Shown in pieces: positions 17,842-27,858 of a stretch of DNA of 32,000 nucleotides. The DNA comes from Candidatus Kuenenia stuttgartensis (GTDB lineage Bacteria > Planctomycetota > Brocadiia > Brocadiales > Brocadiaceae). Below the pieces are notes generated by a model. It was not told where the DNA came from and ran no database searches. It saw nothing but the letters and a program-made list of their open reading frames with translations. A program made the position numbers and the translations under genes. Each line of letters opens with the position of its first letter. Within the stretch, counting starts at the first letter, position 1. The DNA is taken from NCBI RefSeq assembly GCF_900232105.1, contig NZ_LT934425.1:180001-212000 (forward strand). The letters run 5' to 3'.

Positions 17842-19377
17842 ATGAAAAACAAATCAATAATGATACAGGGCACCGGTTCTCACGTAGGAAAAAGTATTCT
17901 TGTATGTGCCTTGTGCCGGATATTAAAACAGGATGGTTTTAGCGTGGCCCCCTTTAAGGCGCAAAACATGGCGCTGAATTCTTTTGTGACAAAAGAGGGT
18001 AAAGAAATGGGGCGTGCACAGGTAGCGCAGGCAGAGGCGGCAAAAACAGAGCCTGTGGTTGAAATGAATCCTATTCTTTTAAAACCTACGGGAGATTGTG
18101 GTTCCCAGGTTATTGTTATGGGAAAACCCGTTGGGAATATGACGGCAAAAGAATATTATCAAAAAAAGGGAGAGTTGGTTTCGGTCATACAGGATGCCTA
18201 CACTGCCTTACAACGGCAATTTGATATTATCGTTATAGAAGGGGCGGGAAGCCCGGCGGAAATAAACCTGAAAGACGGCGATATTGTTAACATGGGAATG
18301 GCGAAAATGGCCTCTGCCCCGGTATTGCTCGTTACGGATATAGACAGAGGAGGGGCATTTGCCTGGATAGTGGGAACAATGGAACTGCTGAATACAGATG
18401 AAAGAGAAAGGGTGAAAGGCATTGTCTTTAATAAATTCCGGGGGGATAAAAATATATTGAAACCGGGTCTGGAAATGCTTGAGGGACGCATCAAACGGCC
18501 CGTCATCGGCGTAGTGCCATATCTCCATAATCTTAACATTGACGATGAAGATTCCGTTTCACTCGAAAGCTATAAGAACAATAACAATGGGGCAGAAAAG
18601 AGATGTTTGGATATTGTAGCGATTAAACTGCCCCGCATATCGAATTTCACAGATTTTAACGCACTGGCGCAGGAAGACGATGTAAACATGAGGCTTGTGG
18701 ATAATGCGGATGAGATTGGCAAGCCGGATATGCTCATTATCCCCGGCACGAAAAATACCATAGGCGATTTGCATTTTTTGAAGGAAAGAGGTATTTTCAA
18801 CAAAATCATAACCCTTTCAAATAGCGGAACAATGATTGTTGGTATCTGTGGCGGCTATCAAATGATGGGGAAACAGATTAATGATCCCTATCATGTTGAA
18901 TCGCAAGCGGACGGTGCGCAAGGTTTGTGTTTAGTTAACAGCATTACTACTTTTGAAACATCAAAACAAACGTTTCAGGTAAGAGCAAAGGTTGGGGCGT
19001 ATAAACCATTCGCCGGCATGCAGGAGGACATTCAGGGGTATGAAATTCATATGGGAAGAACACGATTTGAAGACGCGAACACCTGTACGCCATTTGCAAG
19101 GATTATTGAACGGGCGGGCAAACAGGTTGATATCCCGGATGGGTGCATATCCCACGATGGAAATATTATGGGAACATACATACACGGGATTTTCGATAAC
19201 GACGGGTTTCGTTCGGGACTCTTATTTTATCTGAAACAAAAAAAAGGCGTTCATGCCACAAAAACCTCTTCCATAAAGACCCAAAAGACAAAAGACGACA
19301 ATTACAATGCATTGGCAGAGGCGGTCAGGGAAAATATAAATATGAATATGTTATATGATATATTGCAGATTCCATAG
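17842..19377 (+). CDS. cobQ: Cobyric acid synthase
   Basis: 511 aa, MIQGTGSHVGKSILVCALCRILKQDGFSVAPFKAQNMALNSFVTKEGKEMGRAQVAQA...GICGGYQMMG...GTYIHGIFDN. Confidence 0.95.
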   Translation: MKNKSIMIQGTGSHVGKSILVCALCRILKQDGFSVAPFKAQNMALNSFVTKEGKEMGRAQVAQAEAAKTEPVVEMNPILLKPTGDCGSQVIVMGKPVGNMTAKEYYQKKGELVSVIQDAYTALQRQFDIIVIEGAGSPAEINLKDGDIVNMGMAKMASAPVLLVTDIDRGGAFAWIVGTMELLNTDERERVKGIVFNKFRGDKNILKPGLEMLEGRIKRPVIGVVPYLHNLNIDDEDSVSLESYKNNNNGAEKRCLDIVAIKLPRISNFTDFNALAQEDDVNMRLVDNADEIGKPDMLIIPGTKNTIGDLHFLKERGIFNKIITLSNSGTMIVGICGGYQMMGKQINDPYHVESQADGAQGLCLVNSITTFETSKQTFQVRAKVGAYKPFAGMQEDIQGYEIHMGRTRFEDANTCTPFARIIERAGKQVDIPDGCISHDGNIMGTYIHGIFDNDGFRSGLLFYLKQKKGVHATKTSSIKTQKTKDDNYNALAEAVRENINMNMLYDILQIP

Positions 19378-19555
19378 CACAGTAAAGTCGCAACCAAAGA
19401 TACCCTCCCCGCTCCTTTTTATCATCTTCTTTGTGTCCTTTGTGTTCTGTATTCTTCGTACCCTTTGTGGTTAAACTCTTTTTGGTTCCTGAACCCGCAA
19501 TGAGTGAGTACCTTAGTAAGAATATTCTGACAATTACGGCAAATGTTTCGACCTG

Positions 19556-20023
19556 CTATTCTTCTGCAATTCCTGTGATTTCTGCTGTTTGGCAGATCGT
19601 TACATCGTCGCCAATGGAAATTTTTCCCCCTTTTATCACACTGCATTTTACCCCACAACGCCAAAACGATTCCAGAGAACCCATTAACCCATGCGCAATC
19701 TCATCCATGCGCCAGCACGGCGTTGTCTTTCCATTTATTTTCAAAACAACATCTCCTACGCGCAGGAAAGTATCTTTCGTATCAACAAGAGACACCCCTT
19801 CTATAAACAAATTCGCCCTTCTGTTTGTCCAGGGCAATATCTTCTTTATGTCGGCACATGCTTCGTCCCATGCTTCATGTGTCAATACCGTGATTTGTCT
19901 TTTTTTAATACTTCCTTTATAATCGTTTTCAATACCATCGTTAATAGTAACATGCGCCTCGTTAACGATAATCATTGGCTCGCGTGAAGCCTTTTTTAAA
20001 GCAATACCAAGTAGTTTTCCCAT
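19556..20023 (-). CDS. MOSC domain-containing protein
   Basis: 155 aa, GIENDYKGSIKKRQITVLTHEAWDEAC...RRANLFIEGVSL...GDVVLKINGKTTPCWRMDEI; stand-alone MOSC pattern. Confidence 0.75.
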   Translation of the reverse strand: MGKLLGIALKKASREPMIIVNEAHVTINDGIENDYKGSIKKRQITVLTHEAWDEACADIKKILPWTNRRANLFIEGVSLVDTKDTFLRVGDVVLKINGKTTPCWRMDEIAHGLMGSLESFWRCGVKCSVIKGGKISIGDDVTICQTAEITGIAEE

Positions 20024-20394
20024 GACATTTTTCTACAATACGTTGTTTATTCTTTCAGACTATCTTACGAATATCACCGCACTAAAGTGCGGATTTAATG
20101 GATGTGAGACTTGCTTGCACTCGCGCCCCTCTGCCCTCTTTTCGATTGCAGCTTTATCTTTCATTATTAATGGGTATTCGCTTAAATGAGAAATGGTGGT
20201 GATTAACATCGGCATTCGTTCCTCAAACTCGTTTTTAAGAAAACGCGTTTGATAACTCATAACATAATACTCAAGGGTTATACTATACTTTATGAGTTCA
20301 CAAATAGGGATTTCTAAAACTAGATTTAACTTTTGTTGACACAAATAGTTATAGCATTTTTGAAATCACACTTTGTGAATCCCTTGAGTATAAT

Positions 20395-22275
20395 GTGTGC
20401 CTTGAAGTATGGAATACCTGAGTGGTTGAAAATACCACCTCTGCGAGCCTAATCCTCGTAGAGAAGTTTGTGCCTATGCGCACACAATGGAGCAATCCGT
20501 ATGCGTAGAAAGATAGCATATACCCGTGAGGGGTATGACGGAGTTACGAGGTACAGACGACCTTTTGGGGTGTATGAGTGTGGCGTGTTATTCCGTGCCA
20601 ACTGCCATTTCTCAGCGAAGCACTGACAATGTCCTTTGTTGGAGATGGATAAACAGATTAAGTAAAACCATCTCTGGTTAATGCGTTTGAACATACATCA
20701 CGAAGGGAAAAGGGGTAATCCATATGACCGGGGGAGGACTTACGCCTTGGGCAAAATTCCCTAACAGCAAGGTATAAGGAAATTCCGAAGTCCGAGCTGT
20801 ATGAGATGGTGATAGACAAGCTTCTCTCACAAGTCTATCTTTGAAGTCGTCAGCATTGCTCATAATAGTTTCCGGTGTGAATCGGAAATGAAAGGGGCAT
20901 AACCGTAGTGGAATTGATGAAAGTGGTAGATTGAATACGTTCAATGAGAAAAGAAACTCTTTTGCGTAGGTAAGCAGTAACAAGAGCCTCTCTTGTTTTG
21001 CCTATGTTTGGGAGAATCCGTACCCAGGAAACACGATTGACAAATCTATTATCCGTAATCAATCGAAAGGAATATATCGAGAGATGCTTAAGTATCATTC
21101 ATTAAGAGACAAGGTGTTTAGTCTGAAAAACCTTTATGCTGCTTTCAAACACGTAAAGAAGAATAAAGGCAAAGCTGGTCTTGACAGGGTAAGTATTAAG
21201 CAATTTGAGTCCAATCTTGATGTGAATATCATGAGTATCCATCAGGAACTCAAGACTGCCATATACAACCCTGCGCCTGTCCTGCGGGTATACATCCCCA
21301 AAGGCAGGCATGACAAGAGACCTCTTGGCATTCCCATTGTTAAGGACAGGATTGTACAGCAGGCATTCAGGCAAATCATAGAGCCAATATTTGAGAAAGG
21401 ATTCTCAGATAACAGCTTTGGATTTCGCCCTGACAGATGCTGTCACGATGCTATCAAACGGCTTGAACAGTATAAGCAGGAAAGGGTATACCAGCGTCCT
21501 TGATGCCGATATAATGGCATTCTATGACACCATACCCCATAAGCTTATTATGGACTCCTTACGTGAGAAAATCGCTGATGGATGGGTTTTGAACAGTATT
21601 GAGAACATGCTCAAAGCAGGGGTCATGGAGGACGGCATCGTGCACGAGACAAACAAAGGCACTCCGCAAGGAGGCGTCATTTCCCCTTTGCTTGCAAACC
21701 TTATCGGTGACATCATCGACAAGGAACTTGAAAAGGCTGGATATAAGTTTGTCCGATACGCCGATGATTTCGTTGTCATGACTGAAACAAAAGATGAACT
21801 CCCAGCCGCCCTCAGCTATGTCAAAGAAATCATTGCAGGGAAACTTGGAATGAAGCTGAGCGAGGATAAAACCAAGCTCACCAACTTCGAAAGAGGTTTC
21901 AGGTTTCTCGGATACGATTCCAAGGGCAAGTATAAGGGTATAAGCACGAAATCACTGAACAAACTCAAGAGCCTGTCCTGAGCCTGCCGAAGGAACAACA
22001 TCAGAGACATCACCAGACGTACACAGGGCGTCAATCTGCAAGCCATCGTTGATACATTAAACCCCGTAATTCGTGGGCATGTCAACTATTTTCGGCTGGG
22101 CAATGTACAAAAGGTATATCGCTCATTAGACTGTTGGGTACGCATGAGACTGAGATGTTTCAAGTTCTCAAGAAAATGGAGAACAGACAACAAGCGTTTC
22201 CCTGTTCACCGATTCTTTAAAATGGGGTTACTCTCATTCGAAAGAGAATTTCTTAAGGCGTGTGCTAAAGCATGA
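20395..22275 (+). mobile_element. Group II intron-like element, degenerate and 3' incomplete
   Basis: Possible 5' boundary GTGTGCC at 20395, ~690 nt of GC-rich structured leader, then a group II-type RT/maturase. No convincing domain V found after the ORF. Confidence 0.6.
21084..22275 (+). pseudogene. ltrA: Group II intron-type reverse transcriptase/maturase, broken frames
   Basis: LKNLYAAFKHVKKNKGKAGLDRVS...RPLGIPIVKDRIVQQA...FSDNSFGFRP / GYTSVLDADIMAFYDTIPH...KGTPQGGVISPLLAN...FVRYADDFVVM / LNPVIRGHVNYFRLGNVQKVYRSLDCWVRMRLR. Frameshift near 21481-21487 and in-frame TGA at 21979-21981. Confidence 0.9.
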
Positions 22276-22543
22276 TGTTTGACTTTTCTCTGTTATAGAG
22301 CAACACTTCGGGGTCGCTGACTACGAGAAAGACGTATGGTTTAAAAAGGATGCTTTGTCACGTTGTCCAAAGTATCTGGCGACGAGTGGGGGTTGGAGGC
22401 TAATGGCCTCCAGCCTACCAGCTACCTGATCCTACAACGGCGAGAGATTTTACAAGGCGGTTTGACCGTAATGATATTGAGAGCTGATGGAGATTATCAA
22501 CAGGGTATGAGAGCGTGTGTGGTAGGAAGGGTGGAAAGAGGCA

Positions 22544-23563
22544 TTGGAAGAAGCGTTGATAGATGTGGATGGAACGATAGTGGGGACATACGGAGAATGT
22601 AAAGAGGGGATGAATATATCGCACAAGGGGATATGGGGATATACGCCATTTATTGTGTCATTGGCAAACACGAAGGAAGTGTTGTATATTGAGAATCGTC
22701 CGGGAAACGTACCGAGCCATAGCGGCGCAGTGGAGTGGATAGACAGGGCAATAAACTTGGTAAAACCACATGCGGAGAGGGTTTGTTTAAGGGGAGACAC
22801 AGACTTTTCATTGACAGGGAATTTTGATCGCTGGTCAGAGCAAGTGGACTTTGTGTTTGGGATGGATGCACGAGGTGGGCTAATAAAACTAGCCGGGGAG
22901 TTGCCGGAAGATGCATGGAAAGAACTAAAGCGTAAACCGAAATACAAGGTAAAAACAGAGGAAAGGCAGAAACCTGAAAATATAAAAGAACGGATAGTTA
23001 AAGAACGTGAATACAAGAATATTCGGTTAGAGAGTGAGCAAGTGGCTGAGTTTGAATATCGGCCTGAGAAATGCAAGAAGAGTTATAGGGTGATAGTGCT
23101 GAGAAAAAATCTGAGTGTGGAAAAAGGTCAGAAACGATTATTTGACGACATTCGTTATTTTTTCTATATAACGACACTGAGGGACAGGACGGCAGAGAAG
23201 ATAGTAGAGTTGGCAAACGGTAGGTGTGATCAGGAGAATGTAATAGAGCAGTTGAAGAACGGGGTAAATGCGATGAAGTTGCCTGTAAGGGATTTGGAAA
23301 GCAACTGGGCATACATGGTAATAGCGTCATTGGCCTGGAACTTCAAGGCATGGTTTGGCATGTTGATGCCAAATGTAGGAAGGGGAGAGCAGGTGTTAAA
23401 GATGGAGTTTCGGCGGTTTCTCAATACTCTGATAATGATTCCCTGCCAAATAGTGAAGACAGGGCGTAAGATTGTATATCGAATGCTCGGATATAATGAC
23501 TGGTTAAAGGATTTTTTTGCAACGTGGGAACGAATCCGAAGATTAAAACTGTGCATGGAATAG
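22544..23563 (+). pseudogene. IS1380-like transposase, 5' truncated or frameshifted
   Basis: [58 protein letters not shown]...[17 protein letters not shown]...[14 protein letters not shown]. Starts at a mid-domain motif; an in-frame TAG lies shortly upstream. Confidence 0.75.
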
Positions 23564-23830
23564 TAGTTTAACAGTAAAAAAGAAATAGAAAGCAGAAGAA
23601 GAGCGGGAGCGGTACGTAATCACCTTGCAAAAGTATGGTAGTTTTCTCTATCAATAGTAATATTTTTCTTTTTAGTAAGATTTTTTCGCGACGAAACAAA
23701 CAAAAAATACATTTAGAGACGCATAATAGTCCAAAATATTATCCCATTGTCTGTAGAGTGTTAAATCGCGCTTGTTTTAGCGGATGTTCACCCCAAGTCA
23801 AAAAACAAAAGTGCCGTAAAAGCCTTATAT

Positions 23831-24103
23831 TTATTGACTTTTACGCCGAACAGCAAGCTTTTTTCTAGTGACTACCCGTATGTTCCGGCTTGGCAATACT
23901 TCTGGCAACTTTATCTGTAATGCCTCTAATAATTCATGTGATTGTTGCCGCGGACGCGGGATCTTCTGGCAACTAGCTTTTTGGCCTTTGATTGTTACTT
24001 CCATCGAACAAATGGTCGTCAATTGTGCGAGACCTTCCTCTACCGTCAAGTCAAAATTCTTCCACGCTCTGCGCAGCCTTCGAATTATCATGTACGCAAG
24101 CAT
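23831..24103 (-). pseudogene. C-terminal remnant of an IS1634-like transposase
   Basis: MLAYMIIRRLRRAWKNFDLTVEEGLAQLTTICSMEVTIKGQKASCQKIPRPRQQSHELLEALQIKLPEVLPSRNIRVVTRKKL; interrupted upstream by stops close to the candidate left end of the next element. Confidence 0.65.
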
Positions 24104-24512
24104 TACTGCTACGTCTTAGAATAAATGCTCCAAAAATGCCCAATTAGTCTCAGAATATTTGAGTCTAATACCCAGCAAATGATTTGAAAAATCTTACCCA
24201 GCTACCCCGCATTTTTTTTATCCTGCGTAAGTATTTCACTTGATTTTTTGTTCACGTTAAGAAAAATACATCGTTTACCCCGTTAGAAAGAAGTTCCGTC
24301 CGTAAGGCGGAGTAAAGCCTCATTAAATAGTTTGGAAGGGGTTAAAACCACTTCCAAACTTCCTAACGGCGGTTTACTTCCCAGTTCCCCGTTTTCACGA
24401 GGACAAGTTTTGTAAGATTTTTCCGGAACATAAAAAACTCAGGGCAGGAGGACCGAACGTTGGGAAACTTCATCCTCCTGCCCATTTCCCCCCTATACAA
24501 AGGAGGCAGTGC

Positions 24513-25151
24513 GTGAATATTATAGAAAAAATCCACAAGCATGAAAAGCTTATTGCGACAAAACAGAAGCCATGCTTTTGTCCAAAGTGCAAGAGTACCC
24601 ATGTCAATTTCACCCTTCATGAATGCAGATATCGGTTGTTTCACGTTATTATCGACTCCCTTGTTCATACGATAGAATCTTTCCTGGGACGTTGGAAATG
24701 TTCCTTGTGCAAGAAGACGTTTACTTCCTATCCTGAGTATGCGCTCCCTTACAAGCGGTACGTAAAGGATCACTGTCTCTCCTTCAGTCAGGCTTATGTC
24801 AAAGATGATACAGAAACCTACCGGAGTGTCTCCTCTGCCATCGGATATACTACCCGAACACAGGAAATAGACAACCGCATGCTTGCCTGGTCAACCGTTT
24901 GGAGGTGGCTGCGTTTCTTTGGCTCACTGAAATACACACTCCGCAACGCCTTTGACCTCATCAGGCAGGCCGACCCCAACTCTCCGGTTTTTCGCCAAAT
25001 GTTTCCCATTTACCACGGAAAGTATAAAAGCAAACAACGAAAAACCTCCCTCGATCAATCGATTCAATTGTTCAGCGCCGAGCCGGAATATCACCGAATT
25101 TTTGGGCATTCATTTTTCCCCGAACTGGCAACAAAAAGCGGCTGGTCTTGA
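24513..25151 (+). CDS. Zn-ribbon/HTH protein, DUF6431-like
   Basis: 212 aa: CFCPKCKSTHVNFTLHECRYRLFHVIIDSLVHTIESFLGRWKCSLCKKTFTSYPEYALPYKRY, later STVWRWLRFFGSLKYTLRNA. GTG start with AAAGGAGG upstream. Confidence 0.7.
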   Translation: MNIIEKIHKHEKLIATKQKPCFCPKCKSTHVNFTLHECRYRLFHVIIDSLVHTIESFLGRWKCSLCKKTFTSYPEYALPYKRYVKDHCLSFSQAYVKDDTETYRSVSSAIGYTTRTQEIDNRMLAWSTVWRWLRFFGSLKYTLRNAFDLIRQADPNSPVFRQMFPIYHGKYKSKQRKTSLDQSIQLFSAEPEYHRIFGHSFFPELATKSGWS

Positions 25152-25189
25152 GTTACAATCACCTCCACACTTAAAAAAGGAGGTGAATT

Positions 25190-26750
25190 ATGAAATCGAA
25201 AGACGAAAAATGGGCTTTATTCTGGTGCAATCTTCTGCATCCTGTCATCTTCGGTGAGATTGAGAAGGAGCAGACCAACCTTTTTCTGAAAAAACTCTGC
25301 CTTCAGGAGGTCGTATTCCCCAACGGAAAGCGGAAAAGACCCACTATCTCTACCCTCAGGAGAAAACTCAACCGCTACCGCAAAGATGGATTTCAATCTC
25401 TTGCAAGAAAGGCGAGGAGCGACCGTGGCGCATCCAGAAGGTTTTCTCGTGAAATTATCGACAAAGCCGTTGAACTCAAAAAAGAACAACCACGCCGCAG
25501 CGACGATTGCCTCAACCGCTTTCTTGAGAAATACTATGGGAAAACGATCCCCAAATCCACCCTCTACCGCCATCTCAGACTCGCAGGGGCGACCCGGCTC
25601 AAACTCGGCGTCTCACAGCAAAAGGTGCGTATACGCTCTTAGCCGTGAGCATACCCACGACCTCTGGATTGGCGACTTCCAGGAAGGCCCTTTCGTGCTC
25701 GTTGACGGCGAGGCGCTTCCCACAAACCTCTGTCTCTTTATCGACTGCTACAGCCGTTATGTGGTCGAAGAACGGTATTATCTCAAACAAACCCTCGATA
25801 TCCTTATCGATTCTCTCATCAGGGCCTGGACTATCCACGGCTCGCCCAAAGAACTCTACCTCGACAATGCCAAGGTCTACCACTCTGACGCCCTGCGCTC
25901 TGCCTGTTACAACCTCGGCATTAAACTCATCCACAGACCACCACGCGACCCTGCTCCCGGCGGACTGGTCGAACGTTTCTTCGGCACCAGCCAGACACAG
26001 TTCGAGTCGGAAGTCCGCTCCGGCGACATTATCACCCTTGATGCCATTAACCAGGCCTTCTCCGCTTACCTTGCCGTTGTCTATCACGCAAGAATCCACT
26101 CCGAAACCAATCAATCTCCAAAACAACGCTACGACGAGGGGCTTACCGTCATCCGACACGTCGATATGGACGCCGCTCTTGCCTTCTTCATGAAACGCAT
26201 CCCCAGAACCGTTGACAGAACCTTTGCCGATGTCCGCATTGATAACCGCTTTTACCGTGTTGACCCCAAACTCAGAGGCGATAAAGTAGAAGTCCGTTAC
26301 GACCCATACGGCGATCTCAAAAAGGTCTTGATCTATTCCGCAAACGGTGAATACCTCGGCTCGGGAAATCTCTACCTGCGCGACCAGGGCGCTGAAACTC
26401 CAGCCGCCTCACCTTCAAAACCAAAACATAATTACCTCGACCTTATCACTCAGAAACACAAATCCATTCTCCAGGCTCAGGCCAAAGGCATTGATTACCA
26501 CCAAATCATCTCCGAACGACCCTGGCCATTCATGGCATTCGTCCAGAAACTCGCACTCCTCATGGGACACAAAGGCTCTCTCTCCGCCTTCAGCTCTCAT
26601 GAACTCGAATCGCTTAAAAAATGCTACAACCGTATCCCCGCTCTCAACGAATCATTGCTCACGGAGGCATTCCAAAATGCCTCCGTGAAAACCTTACCCT
26701 ATATCATTCGTGAATTACAAATCGCTTACTCGAAAAAGGAGGTCTCTTAA
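25190..26750 (+). pseudogene. Mu/TnsB-like DDE transposase, split by a frameshift near 25635
   Basis: Frame 1 (25190-25642): HTH part TISTLRRKLNRYRKDGFQSLARKARSDRG...KSTLYRHLRLAGATRLKLGVSQQKV. Frame 2 (to 26750): SREHTHDLWIGDFQEGPFVLVDGEA...KELYLDNAKVY...PGGLVERFFGTSQTQFE...NRFYRVDPKLRGDKVEVRYDPYG. DDE residues visible. Programmed frameshift not excluded. Confidence 0.85.
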
Positions 26751-26752
26751 CC

Positions 26753-27544
26753 ATGTTTACTTCTCATTTTTCCATGACTACTCAGCCGTTCTCTGAAAGA
26801 ATCAACACCAGCCTTATCATGAAAGACGAACGCTTTACCCAGGGGCTTGCACGACTCCAATACCTCTTACACTCAGGCTCTATCGCCGTCCTCTACGGAC
26901 AGACGGGAGTCGGAAAATCCACACTCCTCAAACTCTTCCTCTCACAAATCCCCCAAAACCTGTTTCTCCCCATCTACCTCCATTTTACCCACCTAAAATC
27001 ATCCAGCCTTCTCTCCTTAATCGTCTCCCAGCTCGGTGAAATACCAAAACACACCAAAGACCGGCTCTTCCTCCAAATTATGGATAAATCCTTGCGCTCA
27101 AATCTCACTCCCATTATCGTTATCGACGAGGCTCATCTCCTGAAAACCGACGCCATCACAGACCTCAGACTCCTTGTCAGCTCTCCGCTTGATTCTTCCA
27201 CTCATCTCAAAATCATCCTCTCGGGACAGGAACACCTCAAATATATCCTCAAAAGAGACATCCATGCCGACTTCGCACAACGCATCTCGGTACATTACCA
27301 CATTCATCCCCTTACTAAAACTCAAACCGCTGCATACATAGACTTCCATCTGAAATCTTCCGGCGCATCCGATAAAATCTTTGACTCAGACGTCAAAGAC
27401 CTGATCCATGAGTTCTCCGCCGGCATCCCAAGGCAAATCAACGCCATTTCCACCGCCTGCCTGATTAACGCTTCCATCAGACAATCACAGAAAATTACCC
27501 AGGATATCTTCCATCAGGCTCTTGCTGAAATTCAATCTTTTTAA
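26753..27544 (+). CDS. AAA ATPase, ExeA/TnsC/TniB-like
   Basis: 263 aa, PFSERINTSLIMKDERFTQGLARLQYLLHSGSIAVLYGQTGVGKSTLLKLFLSQI, Walker B PIIVIDEAHLL; SD AAGGAGGT upstream, directly after the transposase. Confidence 0.9.
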   Translation: MFTSHFSMTTQPFSERINTSLIMKDERFTQGLARLQYLLHSGSIAVLYGQTGVGKSTLLKLFLSQIPQNLFLPIYLHFTHLKSSSLLSLIVSQLGEIPKHTKDRLFLQIMDKSLRSNLTPIIVIDEAHLLKTDAITDLRLLVSSPLDSSTHLKIILSGQEHLKYILKRDIHADFAQRISVHYHIHPLTKTQTAAYIDFHLKSSGASDKIFDSDVKDLIHEFSAGIPRQINAISTACLINASIRQSQKITQDIFHQALAEIQSF

Positions 27545-27555
27545 GGAGGTCTACC

Positions 27556-27858
27556 ATGGCCCGTCTCTTTTCCCCTCAACTCTTGCGCTCATTACGAAAC
27601 GATATCCCCATCGATCGACTCATCGCTGATGTCCTCTCCATACCTCATAAATACTCCGAAGGCTATTTCCGCTTCCCCTGCCCTCTCTGTTCTGAATTTA
27701 ATTCCGCCACCAACCCAAATACGAACCTCGCCAGGTGTTTCCGTTGTAAAAAAAACTTTAATACCATCGACATCGTCATGGTAGATTCCAACTCCTCTTT
27801 CCCAGATGCTGTCTATCTGCTAAAATCCGTTTTACCTCAATATATTAATTCCACTTAA
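27556..27858 (+). CDS. Small CHC2 (DnaG-type) zinc-finger protein
   Basis: 100 aa, IADVLSIPHKYSEGYFRFPCPLCSEFNSATNPNTNLARCFRCKKNFNTIDIVM, resembling the DnaG N-terminal zinc finger; SD AAGGAGGT. Confidence 0.75.
   Translation: MARLFSPQLLRSLRNDIPIDRLIADVLSIPHKYSEGYFRFPCPLCSEFNSATNPNTNLARCFRCKKNFNTIDIVMVDSNSSFPDAVYLLKSVLPQYINST

Noticed and set aside
19430-19495. CTTTGTGTCC...CTTTGTGTTC...CCCTTTGTGGTTAAA low-complexity repeat
   Set aside because: Resembles a commonly seen intergenic simple repeat pattern; not distinctive enough here without copy-number data.
20060-20344. 94-aa minus-strand ORF downstream of the MOSC gene
   Set aside because: No recognised family and no clear SD; may be a gene remnant but I cannot support a call.
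22395-22420. TGGAGGC-taatg-GCCTCCA hairpin as intron domain V
   Set aside because: A simple stem-loop lacking the conserved domain V catalytic triad arrangement and bulge.
23635-23868. 77-aa ORF after the IS1380-like remnant
   Set aside because: Short, AT-rich, no motif or ribosome-binding support.
24363-24773. 136-aa minus-strand ORF over the transposon left region
   Set aside because: Overlaps the Zn-ribbon gene and structured leader with no motif or SD support.
25599-26193. ORFs of 182-186 aa on both strands over the transposase
   Set aside because: Overlap the DDE domain completely; composition typical of out-of-frame translation.
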